From positions 7,918 through 71,917 of the forward strand of contig JBEKNV010000010.1 in NCBI GenBank assembly GCA_049522395.1: 64,000 bases of DNA, read 5' to 3'. The notes beneath the pieces were generated by a model. The model was not told the origin of the DNA. It saw nothing but the letters and a program-made list of their open reading frames with translations, and did no database searches. This document shows positions 52,582 through 60,897 of this stretch, piece by piece. The position numbers and the translations under genes were made by a program. This DNA is from Methylovirgula sp. (GTDB taxonomy: Bacteria > Pseudomonadota > Alphaproteobacteria > Rhizobiales > Beijerinckiaceae). Numbering within the stretch: position 1 is the first letter of the stretch; every line of letters starts with the position of its first letter.

Positions 52582-55377
52582 ATGTTTTGCCGCATGGCTT
52601 CTGAACTTGACGCCTTATGGAATGAATTCGCGGCGGAGACCGAGGAACAGCTCGATGCTCTGGAGCGGCTTTTGTCGGAGCGGCCGGCTGAAGGCTGGAG
52701 CCGCGATTCGATTTCCGCTCTGTTTCGCTATTTCCATTCGCTGAAGGGCACATTTCTGGCGATGGGCTTCGCCAATGTCGAAGCCGTGGCGCATCGCTGC
52801 GAAGATGTGTTGAGCCTCGTCCGCGAAGGCAAATCGCCCCTCGATCCTCCGCTTGTGCAGACGATTCTGCGCGCCGTCGATCGGCTCAAGGGCATGCGCG
52901 AAGACGTGATCGATACCCATAAAGACGCCAACCCCGCGAAGGACATTCTCGCCGATCTCGAAGCGCACGGGGCGCATCGCTCGGACGAACCCAAAGCGGC
53001 GCCGGCGCCGACCCACGCCGCCCTGCCGCTCGCCGAAGATCCGGAAATGCTGACGATCTACGCCGAGCTTCTGGAACAGCGTCTGCCCGAGCTTTGCGGC
53101 GCGCTGACGAGCGATCCGCAGGCGCGGGCGGCGGCCAAGGATACGGCCGATACGCTCGCCTATGGCGCCGAGATGATGGGCTTTGAGGCGCTCGCAGGCA
53201 CGTTGCAGGGCTTTGCCGAGCTGTCGGGAACGGCCGCGACCGAGGAGGAACGCGACGCGATCATCGCGCGGCTCGGCGAATTGCGCGACCAGATCAAGAT
53301 CATTGAGGAGGTGACGGGCGGGAGCGCCGGCGCGGCGGCGCTCACAAAGGCAATCGCGACGTCGCTTGCCCACGATTATACGGAGAGCATCAACCGTCTT
53401 GCCGCCGCTTTGGCGAACCCTCAGGAGCCGGCGTCTATCGTCGCGGCCGCTCAGACGGCGCGGTCGCTTGCGTCCTGCCTCGGCTTCGACGAAAGCACGC
53501 GCTTGCTGCTGCTGATCGAGGAGAGATTCCGGGGCTCAGAGTCACTCGACCCCTCGCAGGCTGCGCAATTCGCGGCGCTCGCGGTCGAAGCGCTGGAGAT
53601 GCTGGGATCGGCCGCGCGCTCGGAGCAGGATGTTTCAGCTCAAGCGAGTGCCGGTCTTGCCGCCCGCTTCGTGCAAAGTTTTCGGGCACCGGCTGTTGCC
53701 GATATCGCGCTCGCGACGATCGAACAACGGCTGCGGCCGGAAATGCTCGCCACTTTGTCGAGTGAGCAAAGGAGCAAGCTCGAGCAAGCGCTCTCCGAGG
53801 GCCGGCGGCCCTATGAAGTCCTTCTCGAACTCGAAGGCCATCGCGAGACGGCCGCCGACATCATCGCGTGGCTTTCGACGTCGGTCGAGACGATTACCAG
53901 CCGAACGGTTACGCGCGAGGGCGTCAATTGCTTCGAGTTTCTGATCCTCTCGGACCATGCCGTCGAATGGGTTACGGGCCAGCTCGCGGCGCTCGATCCG
54001 GAGCGCCTCTGCTTGCGCGGCATCACCGATCTCAACAGAGGCGTCGAGACGGCGGCGAGCGAGCCCACCGGCGGCCAATCCGTGCGCGCGCCGCTCATCC
54101 GCGTCCGCAGCGAGACGATCGACGAGCTCATGGCCGAAATCGGCGACATGCGCAGCCATCTCGCGCGCCTCGCCGATATTTTGCAGCAGGGCCGCATCGC
54201 CAAGGCTGTTGAGGCCGGAAGGCGCATTGGGACGCACGCCATCGCGCGCGATCCGCAGTTGCAAGAACAGCTCGACGCGATGGAGGAAGATCTACGCGAG
54301 CTGCGCGATCTGGAACAAGCGTTGGAAGGGACGCATCGCCGCGTTTGGACGGCGGGATTGCAGCTGCGTGTCGTTCCCGTCGATGGGCTTTTCGGGCGCC
54401 TGTCGCGCGCGGCGCGCGATGTGGCCGAGAAACTCGACAAAGACATCGATGTCGTGATCGAGGGCCGCGAGGTGAGGATCGACAAGAGCATGGTCGACGG
54501 GTTGATTGATCCGCTGATGCATATGGTCCGCAACGCCGTGGACCATGGCCTTGAATCGCGCGAGCGGCGGATCACGCAGGGCAAATCCGCGCGCGGCCGG
54601 CTCAGCATTTCCGCATATGAGCGCGGCAATCATATTGACATTGTGATTGCCGACGACGGCCGCGGCCTCGACCGCACGAGGATTCTCGCCAAGGCCATCG
54701 ACCTCGGCATTCTTGCGCCGGAACAGGCGGACCAGATCGCCGACAGCGAAGTGACGGCGCTCATCTTTCACCCCGGGTTCTCGACCGCCGATGCGGTCAC
54801 GGAAATTTCCGGACGCGGCGTCGGCCTCGATGTCGTGGCCGCGACCCTGCATCGGCTCGGCGGCACGATCGACGTGCAAAGCACCTTTGGCTCAGGGACG
54901 ACCTTCAGCCTGAAGTTGCCGCTGTCCGCCTCGCTGTTGCGCGTGCTTCTCGTCGAAGTGGAGGGGCAAACCTTTGCTCTGCCGGAGCGCCAAGTCGTCA
55001 ATGTCCTTGAGATCGGCCGGCAGATGGTTGAGACGGCGGGCGACGGGCGGGTCGTGCTTCACCGAGGCGCCGCGGTTCCGGTTCATGCGCTCGCCGCCGC
55101 GCTCGGCTTCCCGACGACGCCGAACGATTCCGATCTTGTGCGCCTGGTGATCGTTTCGACCGGAACCGAAACGATAGGTTTGCAGGTTGATCGCATTCTG
55201 CGCTTTCAGGATCTCTTCTTGAAAGAGCTGCATCCGATCCTGGCGGCATCGCCCCTCATCGGCGGCGCCTCGGTCCTGGGCGACGGACGGCCAGTTCTGG
55301 TTATCGAAGCGCGCGGCTTTGCGACGCTCGGCTTTCCCGACGCGAGCGACAAGCCCAAGGCGGAGGCAGACTCATGA
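52582..55377 (+). CDS. cheA: Chemotaxis histidine kinase CheA with extended N-terminal region
   Basis: Hpt motif FRYFHSLKGT, dimerisation region, HATPase boxes (HMVRNAVDHG, DDGRGLD, GRGVGLDVV, GSGTTFSLKLP) and a C-terminal CheW-like domain. Alternative start at 52594. Confidence 0.92.
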   Translation: MFCRMASELDALWNEFAAETEEQLDALERLLSERPAEGWSRDSISALFRYFHSLKGTFLAMGFANVEAVAHRCEDVLSLVREGKSPLDPPLVQTILRAVDRLKGMREDVIDTHKDANPAKDILADLEAHGAHRSDEPKAAPAPTHAALPLAEDPEMLTIYAELLEQRLPELCGALTSDPQARAAAKDTADTLAYGAEMMGFEALAGTLQGFAELSGTAATEEERDAIIARLGELRDQIKIIEEVTGGSAGAAALTKAIATSLAHDYTESINRLAAALANPQEPASIVAAAQTARSLASCLGFDESTRLLLLIEERFRGSESLDPSQAAQFAALAVEALEMLGSAARSEQDVSAQASAGLAARFVQSFRAPAVADIALATIEQRLRPEMLATLSSEQRSKLEQALSEGRRPYEVLLELEGHRETAADIIAWLSTSVETITSRTVTREGVNCFEFLILSDHAVEWVTGQLAALDPERLCLRGITDLNRGVETAASEPTGGQSVRAPLIRVRSETIDELMAEIGDMRSHLARLADILQQGRIAKAVEAGRRIGTHAIARDPQLQEQLDAMEEDLRELRDLEQALEGTHRRVWTAGLQLRVVPVDGLFGRLSRAARDVAEKLDKDIDVVIEGREVRIDKSMVDGLIDPLMHMVRNAVDHGLESRERRITQGKSARGRLSISAYERGNHIDIVIADDGRGLDRTRILAKAIDLGILAPEQADQIADSEVTALIFHPGFSTADAVTEISGRGVGLDVVAATLHRLGGTIDVQSTFGSGTTFSLKLPLSASLLRVLLVEVEGQTFALPERQVVNVLEIGRQMVETAGDGRVVLHRGAAVPVHALAAALGFPTTPNDSDLVRLVIVSTGTETIGLQVDRILRFQDLFLKELHPILAASPLIGGASVLGDGRPVLVIEARGFATLGFPDASDKPKAEADS

Positions 55378-55742
55378 TGGCGAGCGAGCGCTATCTGTTC
55401 TGTTATGCGGGGGACACTGCCTTTCTGGTGCGCGCCCATTTCCTGCGGCACATCTGGACGCGATCCACGCCGACCCCCGATGAATTCCAAAGGGTCGAAG
55501 CGGTCGACCTTCGCCGACGTCAGGGCCAAGCGGCCCGTGACGAAGGCGTTGCGCTCGGGTTGGACTTGCCCGGCGGGGCAGACGTCTTGCTCGTCGATCG
55601 CATCGGCGGTTTCTCTGACGTGAGCGAAGACGAGTTTCTCGCCCTGCCTTCCGTCTTCGAATTTGCTCGTCAGACGTTCGACGCGGCTTGCCGGCGCGCT
55701 ATCGGAGGCGTTTATCCCCTGAGATTGCGGTTGGGAGCCTGA
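55374..55742 (+). CDS. Minimal CheW-like protein
   Basis: ATGA overlap with the cheA stop. 122 aa following the CheW pattern (RYLFCYAGDTAFLVRAHFLRHI...VEAVDLRRR...VLLVDRIGGFSDVSEDEF). Confidence 0.55.
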   Translation: MMASERYLFCYAGDTAFLVRAHFLRHIWTRSTPTPDEFQRVEAVDLRRRQGQAARDEGVALGLDLPGGADVLLVDRIGGFSDVSEDEFLALPSVFEFARQTFDAACRRAIGGVYPLRLRLGA

Positions 55743-55745
55743 CGC

Positions 55746-56732
55746 TTACGCGCGCTCGGGACCGTTGTAGCGGATCACCAGCAGCGTCACATCATCCGCC
55801 ATGGGCGCGAGCGCCATGTAAGCATCGACCTGCGAGATGATGTGACCGAAAAGTTCGGTCGGATGGGCGCTTGCTTGCTTCTTGAACAAAGCGATAAGCC
55901 GTTCCTCGCCGAAGAGATTGCCGCCGGCATCCGTCGCCTCGGTGACGCCATCGCTGAAACAGACGAGCAGCTCTCCTGGTGCCAGCTGACAGCGCTGCGT
56001 TGGGTAAATGAAGTCTTCCATTATGCCGAGCGCCATGCCGCCGAGGCCGGTCAGCGTATCGATCGCCCCCGAATTGCGCAGAATATAAGGCGGGTTGTGG
56101 CCGGCGTTGCCGTAGTGGAGTTCGCCCGTGTTGGTGTTGAGGATGCCGTAAAAGGCGGTGGTGAACATCAAGGTCGGGTTGTCCATGCAGAGCATGGCAT
56201 TGACGGTGCGCAGACAGCCGCCGGGATCATCGAGTTTTTGTGATGCGGCGCGCAGCAGGGTGCGTGTCAGCGTGATGAAGATCGCGGCCGGCAGGCCTTT
56301 GCCGGCGGCGTCGGCGACGACAAAGCCGAGCCGATCCGGGGCGAGGAGAAAAAAGTCATAGAGGTCGCCGCCGACCTCCTTCGCCGTCACCATGCCGGCG
56401 TGAAGATCGAAATCGCGGCGATCGGGAAAGGGCGGAAAATCCTGCGGCAGACCGGCGAGCTGCAGGTCGGTGGCGAAATCCCATTCCGCCTGTTCGGCAG
56501 CGGCGCGGTCGCGAGTGCGCAATATATCAAGCACGAGTTCAAGCTGGAAGCTGCGTTCCTTGAGATTGATTTCGTGGTCGCCGGCGCGCCGATGCAGCCG
56601 CTCCGTGAGCAAGGCAAGCCCCACCACCGGGTCGGCATTTGATTCAAATTCACGCAACGCCGCGGAGCGTTCGCTCTCGGGCAACAGCTTGATCAGCCCG
56701 TGGCCGATGGGGCGTAGACGCTCGTCGCTCAT
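55746..56732 (-). CDS. PP2C-family (SpoIIE/RsbU-like) serine phosphatase
   Basis: Start MSDERLRPIG at 56732. Motifs GGDLYDFF, VVADAAGKG, FSDGVTEA and DDVTLLV. Confidence 0.88.
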   Translation of the reverse strand: MSDERLRPIGHGLIKLLPESERSAALREFESNADPVVGLALLTERLHRRAGDHEINLKERSFQLELVLDILRTRDRAAAEQAEWDFATDLQLAGLPQDFPPFPDRRDFDLHAGMVTAKEVGGDLYDFFLLAPDRLGFVVADAAGKGLPAAIFITLTRTLLRAASQKLDDPGGCLRTVNAMLCMDNPTLMFTTAFYGILNTNTGELHYGNAGHNPPYILRNSGAIDTLTGLGGMALGIMEDFIYPTQRCQLAPGELLVCFSDGVTEATDAGGNLFGEERLIALFKKQASAHPTELFGHIISQVDAYMALAPMADDVTLLVIRYNGPERA

Positions 56733-56764
56733 GCCGTCAGACCCTTGATTGCCACCCGACACGA

Positions 56765-57223
56765 TCAATGTCCCTCGCTGCGGCTCTGAGCGCGCTTTGC
56801 CATGGCGGCGACGTCGAGCGGCGGAAGGCCGATGGCGGCGCGCACGACCTTCAGAATCTCGTGACCGCATTTGGCTTTCAAATCGAGACTGATCGCGCCG
56901 GACGGCTTGGCGATCACATCGAAGGCGCCGAGGCGGCGCGCCTCTAGCGCGGCGGGCGAACCGAGTTGCGCGACGGAGGACAAGATCACGACTTTCGTTT
57001 TACTCGTGAGCTTGAGACGTTTCAGGACATTCAACCCGTCAAGGCGGGGCATTTCGATATCGAGCAGAACGACCTCGGGCTTCAGCTCTTTTTCCTTTTC
57101 GAGAGCGACCTGTCCGTCTTCGGCTTCGCCTGCGATTTCCAGATCCTCGTCCACCACCAAAATCTGTTTGACGATATTCCGCATGAAGCCGGAATCGTCG
57201 ACGATGAGAACCCGATGTACCAT
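56765..57223 (-). CDS. Stand-alone response-regulator receiver, CheB-N-terminal type
   Basis: 152 aa. VLIVDDSGFMRNIVKQIL...PEVVLLDIEMPRLDG...AFDVIAKP resembles the CheB receiver plus linker. No methylesterase domain. Confidence 0.85.
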   Translation of the reverse strand: MVHRVLIVDDSGFMRNIVKQILVVDEDLEIAGEAEDGQVALEKEKELKPEVVLLDIEMPRLDGLNVLKRLKLTSKTKVVILSSVAQLGSPAALEARRLGAFDVIAKPSGAISLDLKAKCGHEILKVVRAAIGLPPLDVAAMAKRAQSRSEGH

Positions 57224-57234
57224 TGGCTCTGTTC

Positions 57235-57666
57235 CTAACTGGCCGGTGCGGCCGGCACCTTCTTAATCATCCTGAGATGATTGCGCCCGTCCACGCGGGA
57301 ATATTCCACCTTATCCATCACCGTGCGAATGAAATGGATGCCGAGGCCGCCGATGTCGCGGTCCTCGACCGATTTCGCGGTGTCAGGCGCCGGCCGCGCA
57401 AGCGGATTGAAGGCGACGCCGTCATCGATGATCTCGGCCGCCAGCGCATCCCCGTCAAGCTCGATCCGGGCGGTGATCCTGTGCCGTTCACCATCTGAAA
57501 ACCCATAGGAGATGATGTTCGTCAAGAATTCATCGAAGGCAAGGGTCAAGTGAAAGATCGCTGAGGCTGGCAGATGATGTTTTTCGCCGAACGCCTCGAT
57601 GCGCGCGGTCAGCCCGGCGATCTCGGCCACGTCGTTGTCGATTTCGGCTAGGAGTTGATCGCCCAC
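57235..57666 (-). CDS. RsbW/SpoIIAB-like anti-sigma-factor serine kinase (HATPase_c_2)
   Basis: 143 aa with N-box FDEFLTNIISYG, IDDGVAFNP and DIGGLGIHFIR. Confidence 0.85.
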   Translation of the reverse strand: MGDQLLAEIDNDVAEIAGLTARIEAFGEKHHLPASAIFHLTLAFDEFLTNIISYGFSDGERHRITARIELDGDALAAEIIDDGVAFNPLARPAPDTAKSVEDRDIGGLGIHFIRTVMDKVEYSRVDGRNHLRMIKKVPAAPAS

Positions 57667-57848
57667 AAGTCGCGCCTTACCGCAGCCTGCGGCCTTGCAC
57701 CGGAACTCTCCGCCGCCTCGGGACCGAACGGCTCGCCGCCAGAATTGCCGAATCCTTGTGCCCTGTCCACTTGGTCAAATCCAGTGGCCTAAGCTTAGTT
57801 CGGCAAGCCTTCTGTGGCGCATCGGAAGACGGAAAGGATAACTTCTTT

Positions 57849-57878
57849 TTGGCCAACGCCTTCTCCAAATGTTATAAA
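57849..57878 (+). promoter_or_regulatory. Candidate sigma70-type promoter for the STAS/RsbW-like pair
   Basis: TTGGCC (57849-57854), N18, TATAAA (57873-57878), about 70 nt upstream of ATG 57949. Pattern match only. Confidence 0.3.
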
Positions 57879-57948
57879 AACGTCACAGGGATGGGAGTAC
57901 TGGATTGCGGCGGACTGCACAGGACACGCCGGGTCTTAGGGGGATTCC

Positions 57949-58284
57949 ATGGACATGATGGTCGACGAACTCGACGGCGGCGTCACCACTGTCGCGCTGC
58001 GGGGACGGTTCGATACGCAAGGCGCCGAATCCGTCGATTTGCGCTTCAGCGTGATCGCCGGGTCCAAATCCGCCGTGCTGGTCGATCTGTCCGATGTCGA
58101 TTTCCTGGCTTCCCTTGGCATCCGCGTCCTGCTCAGCAGCGCCAAAGCCATTCAGCGCAAAGGCGGCAAACTGGTCATCGTTGCGCCGGAAGGCAATGTG
58201 CTGATGGTGCTGAAAACCGCCGGCATGGAAAATCTGATCCCTATCTTTCCAGAGCGCGACGCCGCTATGGCCGTGTTCGGCTGA
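57949..58284 (+). CDS. STAS-domain anti-sigma-factor antagonist
   Basis: 111 aa. VDLSDVDFLASLGIRVLLSSAK retains the conserved Ser, and NVLMVLKTAGM is also present. Confidence 0.88.
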   Translation: MDMMVDELDGGVTTVALRGRFDTQGAESVDLRFSVIAGSKSAVLVDLSDVDFLASLGIRVLLSSAKAIQRKGGKLVIVAPEGNVLMVLKTAGMENLIPIFPERDAAMAVFG

Positions 58285-58298
58285 GCGCGGGCCGGCCG

Positions 58299-58763
58299 AT
58301 GGCGGCGCAAGGCACATCGCCTCATCCGCGCCGTCTCGAACTCTTCTGCGATTTTGCCGAACTCGAGCGGCTCCATGACTTCGTTCAGAAGATCGGCGAG
58401 GCCGAGAGTCTCGACACCGATCAAATCTTCGCGCTCGATCTCTGCCTCGAAGAAGCCGTCACCAACATCATCATGCACGCCGGATTGAAGGATCGCGCCG
58501 GCACGCTCATTTCCGTGACGCTTCTTTCGGGCGCGCCGGAACTGGCCTTCTGTCTCGAAGACGAGGGCCGGCCCTTCGATCCGACCAAGGTCGCTGAGCG
58601 GCCCGCGCCACACTCACTGGAAGAGGCGCCGATTGGCGGCGTCGGGCTGCCGCTCATGCGCAAGCTGACGACCGCCATGCGCTATGAGCGCGACGGCAAT
58701 CGCAATCGCCTCTTCCTTCAATTCGGGCCGGGCGGGGCGGTCCCCGATCCCACTAATGTTTGA
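58299..58763 (+). CDS. Second RsbW/SpoIIAB-like anti-sigma-factor serine kinase
   Basis: 154 aa with N-box LEEAVTNIIMHAG, LEDEGRPFDP and PIGGVGLPLMRKL. Confidence 0.85.
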   Translation: MAAQGTSPHPRRLELFCDFAELERLHDFVQKIGEAESLDTDQIFALDLCLEEAVTNIIMHAGLKDRAGTLISVTLLSGAPELAFCLEDEGRPFDPTKVAERPAPHSLEEAPIGGVGLPLMRKLTTAMRYERDGNRNRLFLQFGPGGAVPDPTNV

Positions 58764-60522
58764 AGTGCAGAGTGAGCACGGTCGCGCCGTGTTCTTGGGT
58801 GCTGCGGGCGCGATCGGCTTGCCGGCGGACGAGAAAGCCTGACAGACGGCGCGGTCCTTCGGCGGTCTCAAGCAAATCTTCCTGCGATGGCGGCCATTCG
58901 GGCAGGTCTAGCGCAATCCCGTCGTAAGAGAGCTTCGCGTCGATATCGAATTCGTCAAAGCTGACGGCGAGCGCAATCGGCCCTTTGACCTGGCAGAATT
59001 CCACAATCGCCTCGACAGCCTGCTGGACGACGAATTCAAGCCGCGAGACGACATCGCGCCGCGCGCCCCAAGTGCCGGCGGCGCGCTCGATGAAATTCAC
59101 GATCTCGCCCGGCTGCACATTCGTCGAATCGACGCTCATGACCACACTGCGCCTGATGCCGAGGCGAAAGACGAGATTGAGCGAAAGAGCGACGAGAGTC
59201 GCGAGCACGAGCGGCGAGGTGACGAGGGGCCTCGCCCATTGCGGCACGTCGGTGAAGGCGGAGGGGAAGACCGAGACCATGAAAAACGCCATCATGCCGG
59301 CGCCGATTACCAAAGTGCGGCGCGGATCCAACACGCGGGTCGAGATGATCTGAATGCCGCTGATCATGATGAAGACGGCGGTGAAGACGAGCGCGGCTGC
59401 CATCACCGGCGGCGGCATAATGGTGAGAAAGCCGACGAGCGTCGGTTGAAAGGCGCAAAGCGCGAGAATGGGTGCAATGACAAAGGCGATGCGGCGGCTC
59501 GCGACGCCCGTCGCGGCGACAAGGCCGACATTGGCGGTCGAGATCGTCAGACCGTAGGTGCCGAAGAGGCCGGCGACTATATTGGCGATGCCGTCGCCGA
59601 AAATGCCGCCGCTGATCGAATGCGGATCGGGCCGCACCCAATCCGCGTCATTGAGGCGCTGATAGGTCGTGACCACCGCCGTCGAACTCATCGCCGCCGC
59701 GAGCGCGGTCACGGCAAAGGGGATCACCATGGAGCCATCGAAGGTCCAATGGACATTGGTGAAGGAGGGCAGGGCGAGGAGCGGTTGCGCCAAAACCTTA
59801 TGAACGTCAGCCGGCGTGATGTAGCCCGTCGGACCTGAGAGCGCGTAGCCGACCAGCATGCCGACGAGGATGCAGAAAAGACGCAGCCGGCCTTTGTTCC
59901 AAATGTTGAGCGCAATCATCGTCCCGATGCTGAGGCCGGCGACGAGCGCACCGCGTCCCGAGATTGCCTTGCCGCCGGCTTCGTCCAGCATGATGTGCAA
60001 GGCCGCGAGGCCGATGATGACGCCGATCAGAAACACGACCATGCCGGCGGTTTCCGGCGGAATGAAAACGCGCAGACGCGACCAGACACGCGACAGAAGC
60101 ACTTCGACAAAACCGGCGAAGAGCGTCATGCCCCAGACGAGCGGCAGGCCGCCGATTTTCACCGCGAGCAGCGAGGGGCCGAGAAAGACGCCGGTGAAGA
60201 TCGCCGGCGCGAGAAAGCGGCTGCCGACAGGGCCACGCGGAATGGCTTGCAGAAGAACAGCGACCGCCATCACCAGCATCGCGCGCCGCAGGATGCTGCC
60301 GATGTCTTCCGGCGATGTGCCGGCCGCGCGCGCGATGATCAGAGGATAAATCATGAAGATCGCGACGACGCCGACATGCTGAATGGCGCTGACGATGGTA
60401 ATCGCGGTCGGCGGGATCTCATCGCTGCCGTAGACGAGGGCCGCCGGCTTGCGGCGCGGACGGTGGCTCTGCCCGGGCTCGCTCGGCGCAAAGAGACTTT
60501 TCGCGAATGAAAGTTTGCCCAT
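58753..60522 (-). CDS. NCS2/NAT-family (xanthine/uracil-type) permease fused to a C-terminal degenerate RsbW-like domain
   Basis: Start MGKLSFAKS at 60522. QHVGVV (TM1 QH motif) and NAT-signature-like TANVGLVAATGVASRR. The last about 130 aa align by eye, block for block, with the two RsbW-like proteins but lack the N-box Asn and the G2 box. Confidence 0.75.
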   Translation of the reverse strand: MGKLSFAKSLFAPSEPGQSHRPRRKPAALVYGSDEIPPTAITIVSAIQHVGVVAIFMIYPLIIARAAGTSPEDIGSILRRAMLVMAVAVLLQAIPRGPVGSRFLAPAIFTGVFLGPSLLAVKIGGLPLVWGMTLFAGFVEVLLSRVWSRLRVFIPPETAGMVVFLIGVIIGLAALHIMLDEAGGKAISGRGALVAGLSIGTMIALNIWNKGRLRLFCILVGMLVGYALSGPTGYITPADVHKVLAQPLLALPSFTNVHWTFDGSMVIPFAVTALAAAMSSTAVVTTYQRLNDADWVRPDPHSISGGIFGDGIANIVAGLFGTYGLTISTANVGLVAATGVASRRIAFVIAPILALCAFQPTLVGFLTIMPPPVMAAALVFTAVFIMISGIQIISTRVLDPRRTLVIGAGMMAFFMVSVFPSAFTDVPQWARPLVTSPLVLATLVALSLNLVFRLGIRRSVVMSVDSTNVQPGEIVNFIERAAGTWGARRDVVSRLEFVVQQAVEAIVEFCQVKGPIALAVSFDEFDIDAKLSYDGIALDLPEWPPSQEDLLETAEGPRRLSGFLVRRQADRARSTQEHGATVLTLHFKH

Positions 60523-60897
60523 GCTGCGTTCCGCCCCGTTTTGCTTTTGTGCGATGTTAGGGCAGAGGCGCACTCGTCCGCAATGGATGGGCAGTGAAAT
60601 AGAGGTCAAAGACGCGCGATTTGCCGAGTCATGGGCGAGGGCCACGACGAAAGACGCAGGCTGAAGAGGCTTTCAAGCGATCGTGCAGCGCGCGCGTTCC
60701 CATCGTGGCCGAGCTTGGCACAATGATTGAGGCGGCGATGATAACGACGCAAAGAGGCACTTTCCTCGCCGCATTGAGCGAAGAAGGTGCGTGCCAATTC
60801 GCGCCTTGTTTTGCGCGAAAGCCCGCTCTGGACAAGCTGCGGCGCACTCCATTATAACCGCGCCTCTGCCGGCCATGCGCCGGCTGCGCCTTGGCGC

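Noticed and set aside
57667-57948. EcfG-type (GGAAC-N16-17-CGTT) general-stress promoter in the divergent region between the RsbW-like kinase and STAS genes
   Set aside because: A GGAAC is present (about 57700) but no CGTT at the required spacing. Only a weak sigma70-like TTGGCC-N18-TATAAA could be proposed.
60716-60731. TGGCAC-N5-TTGAG upstream of tRNA-Phe, resembling a sigma54 -24/-12 promoter
   Set aside because: The -12 element lacks the invariant GC (GA instead). A tRNA gene is an implausible sigma54 target.
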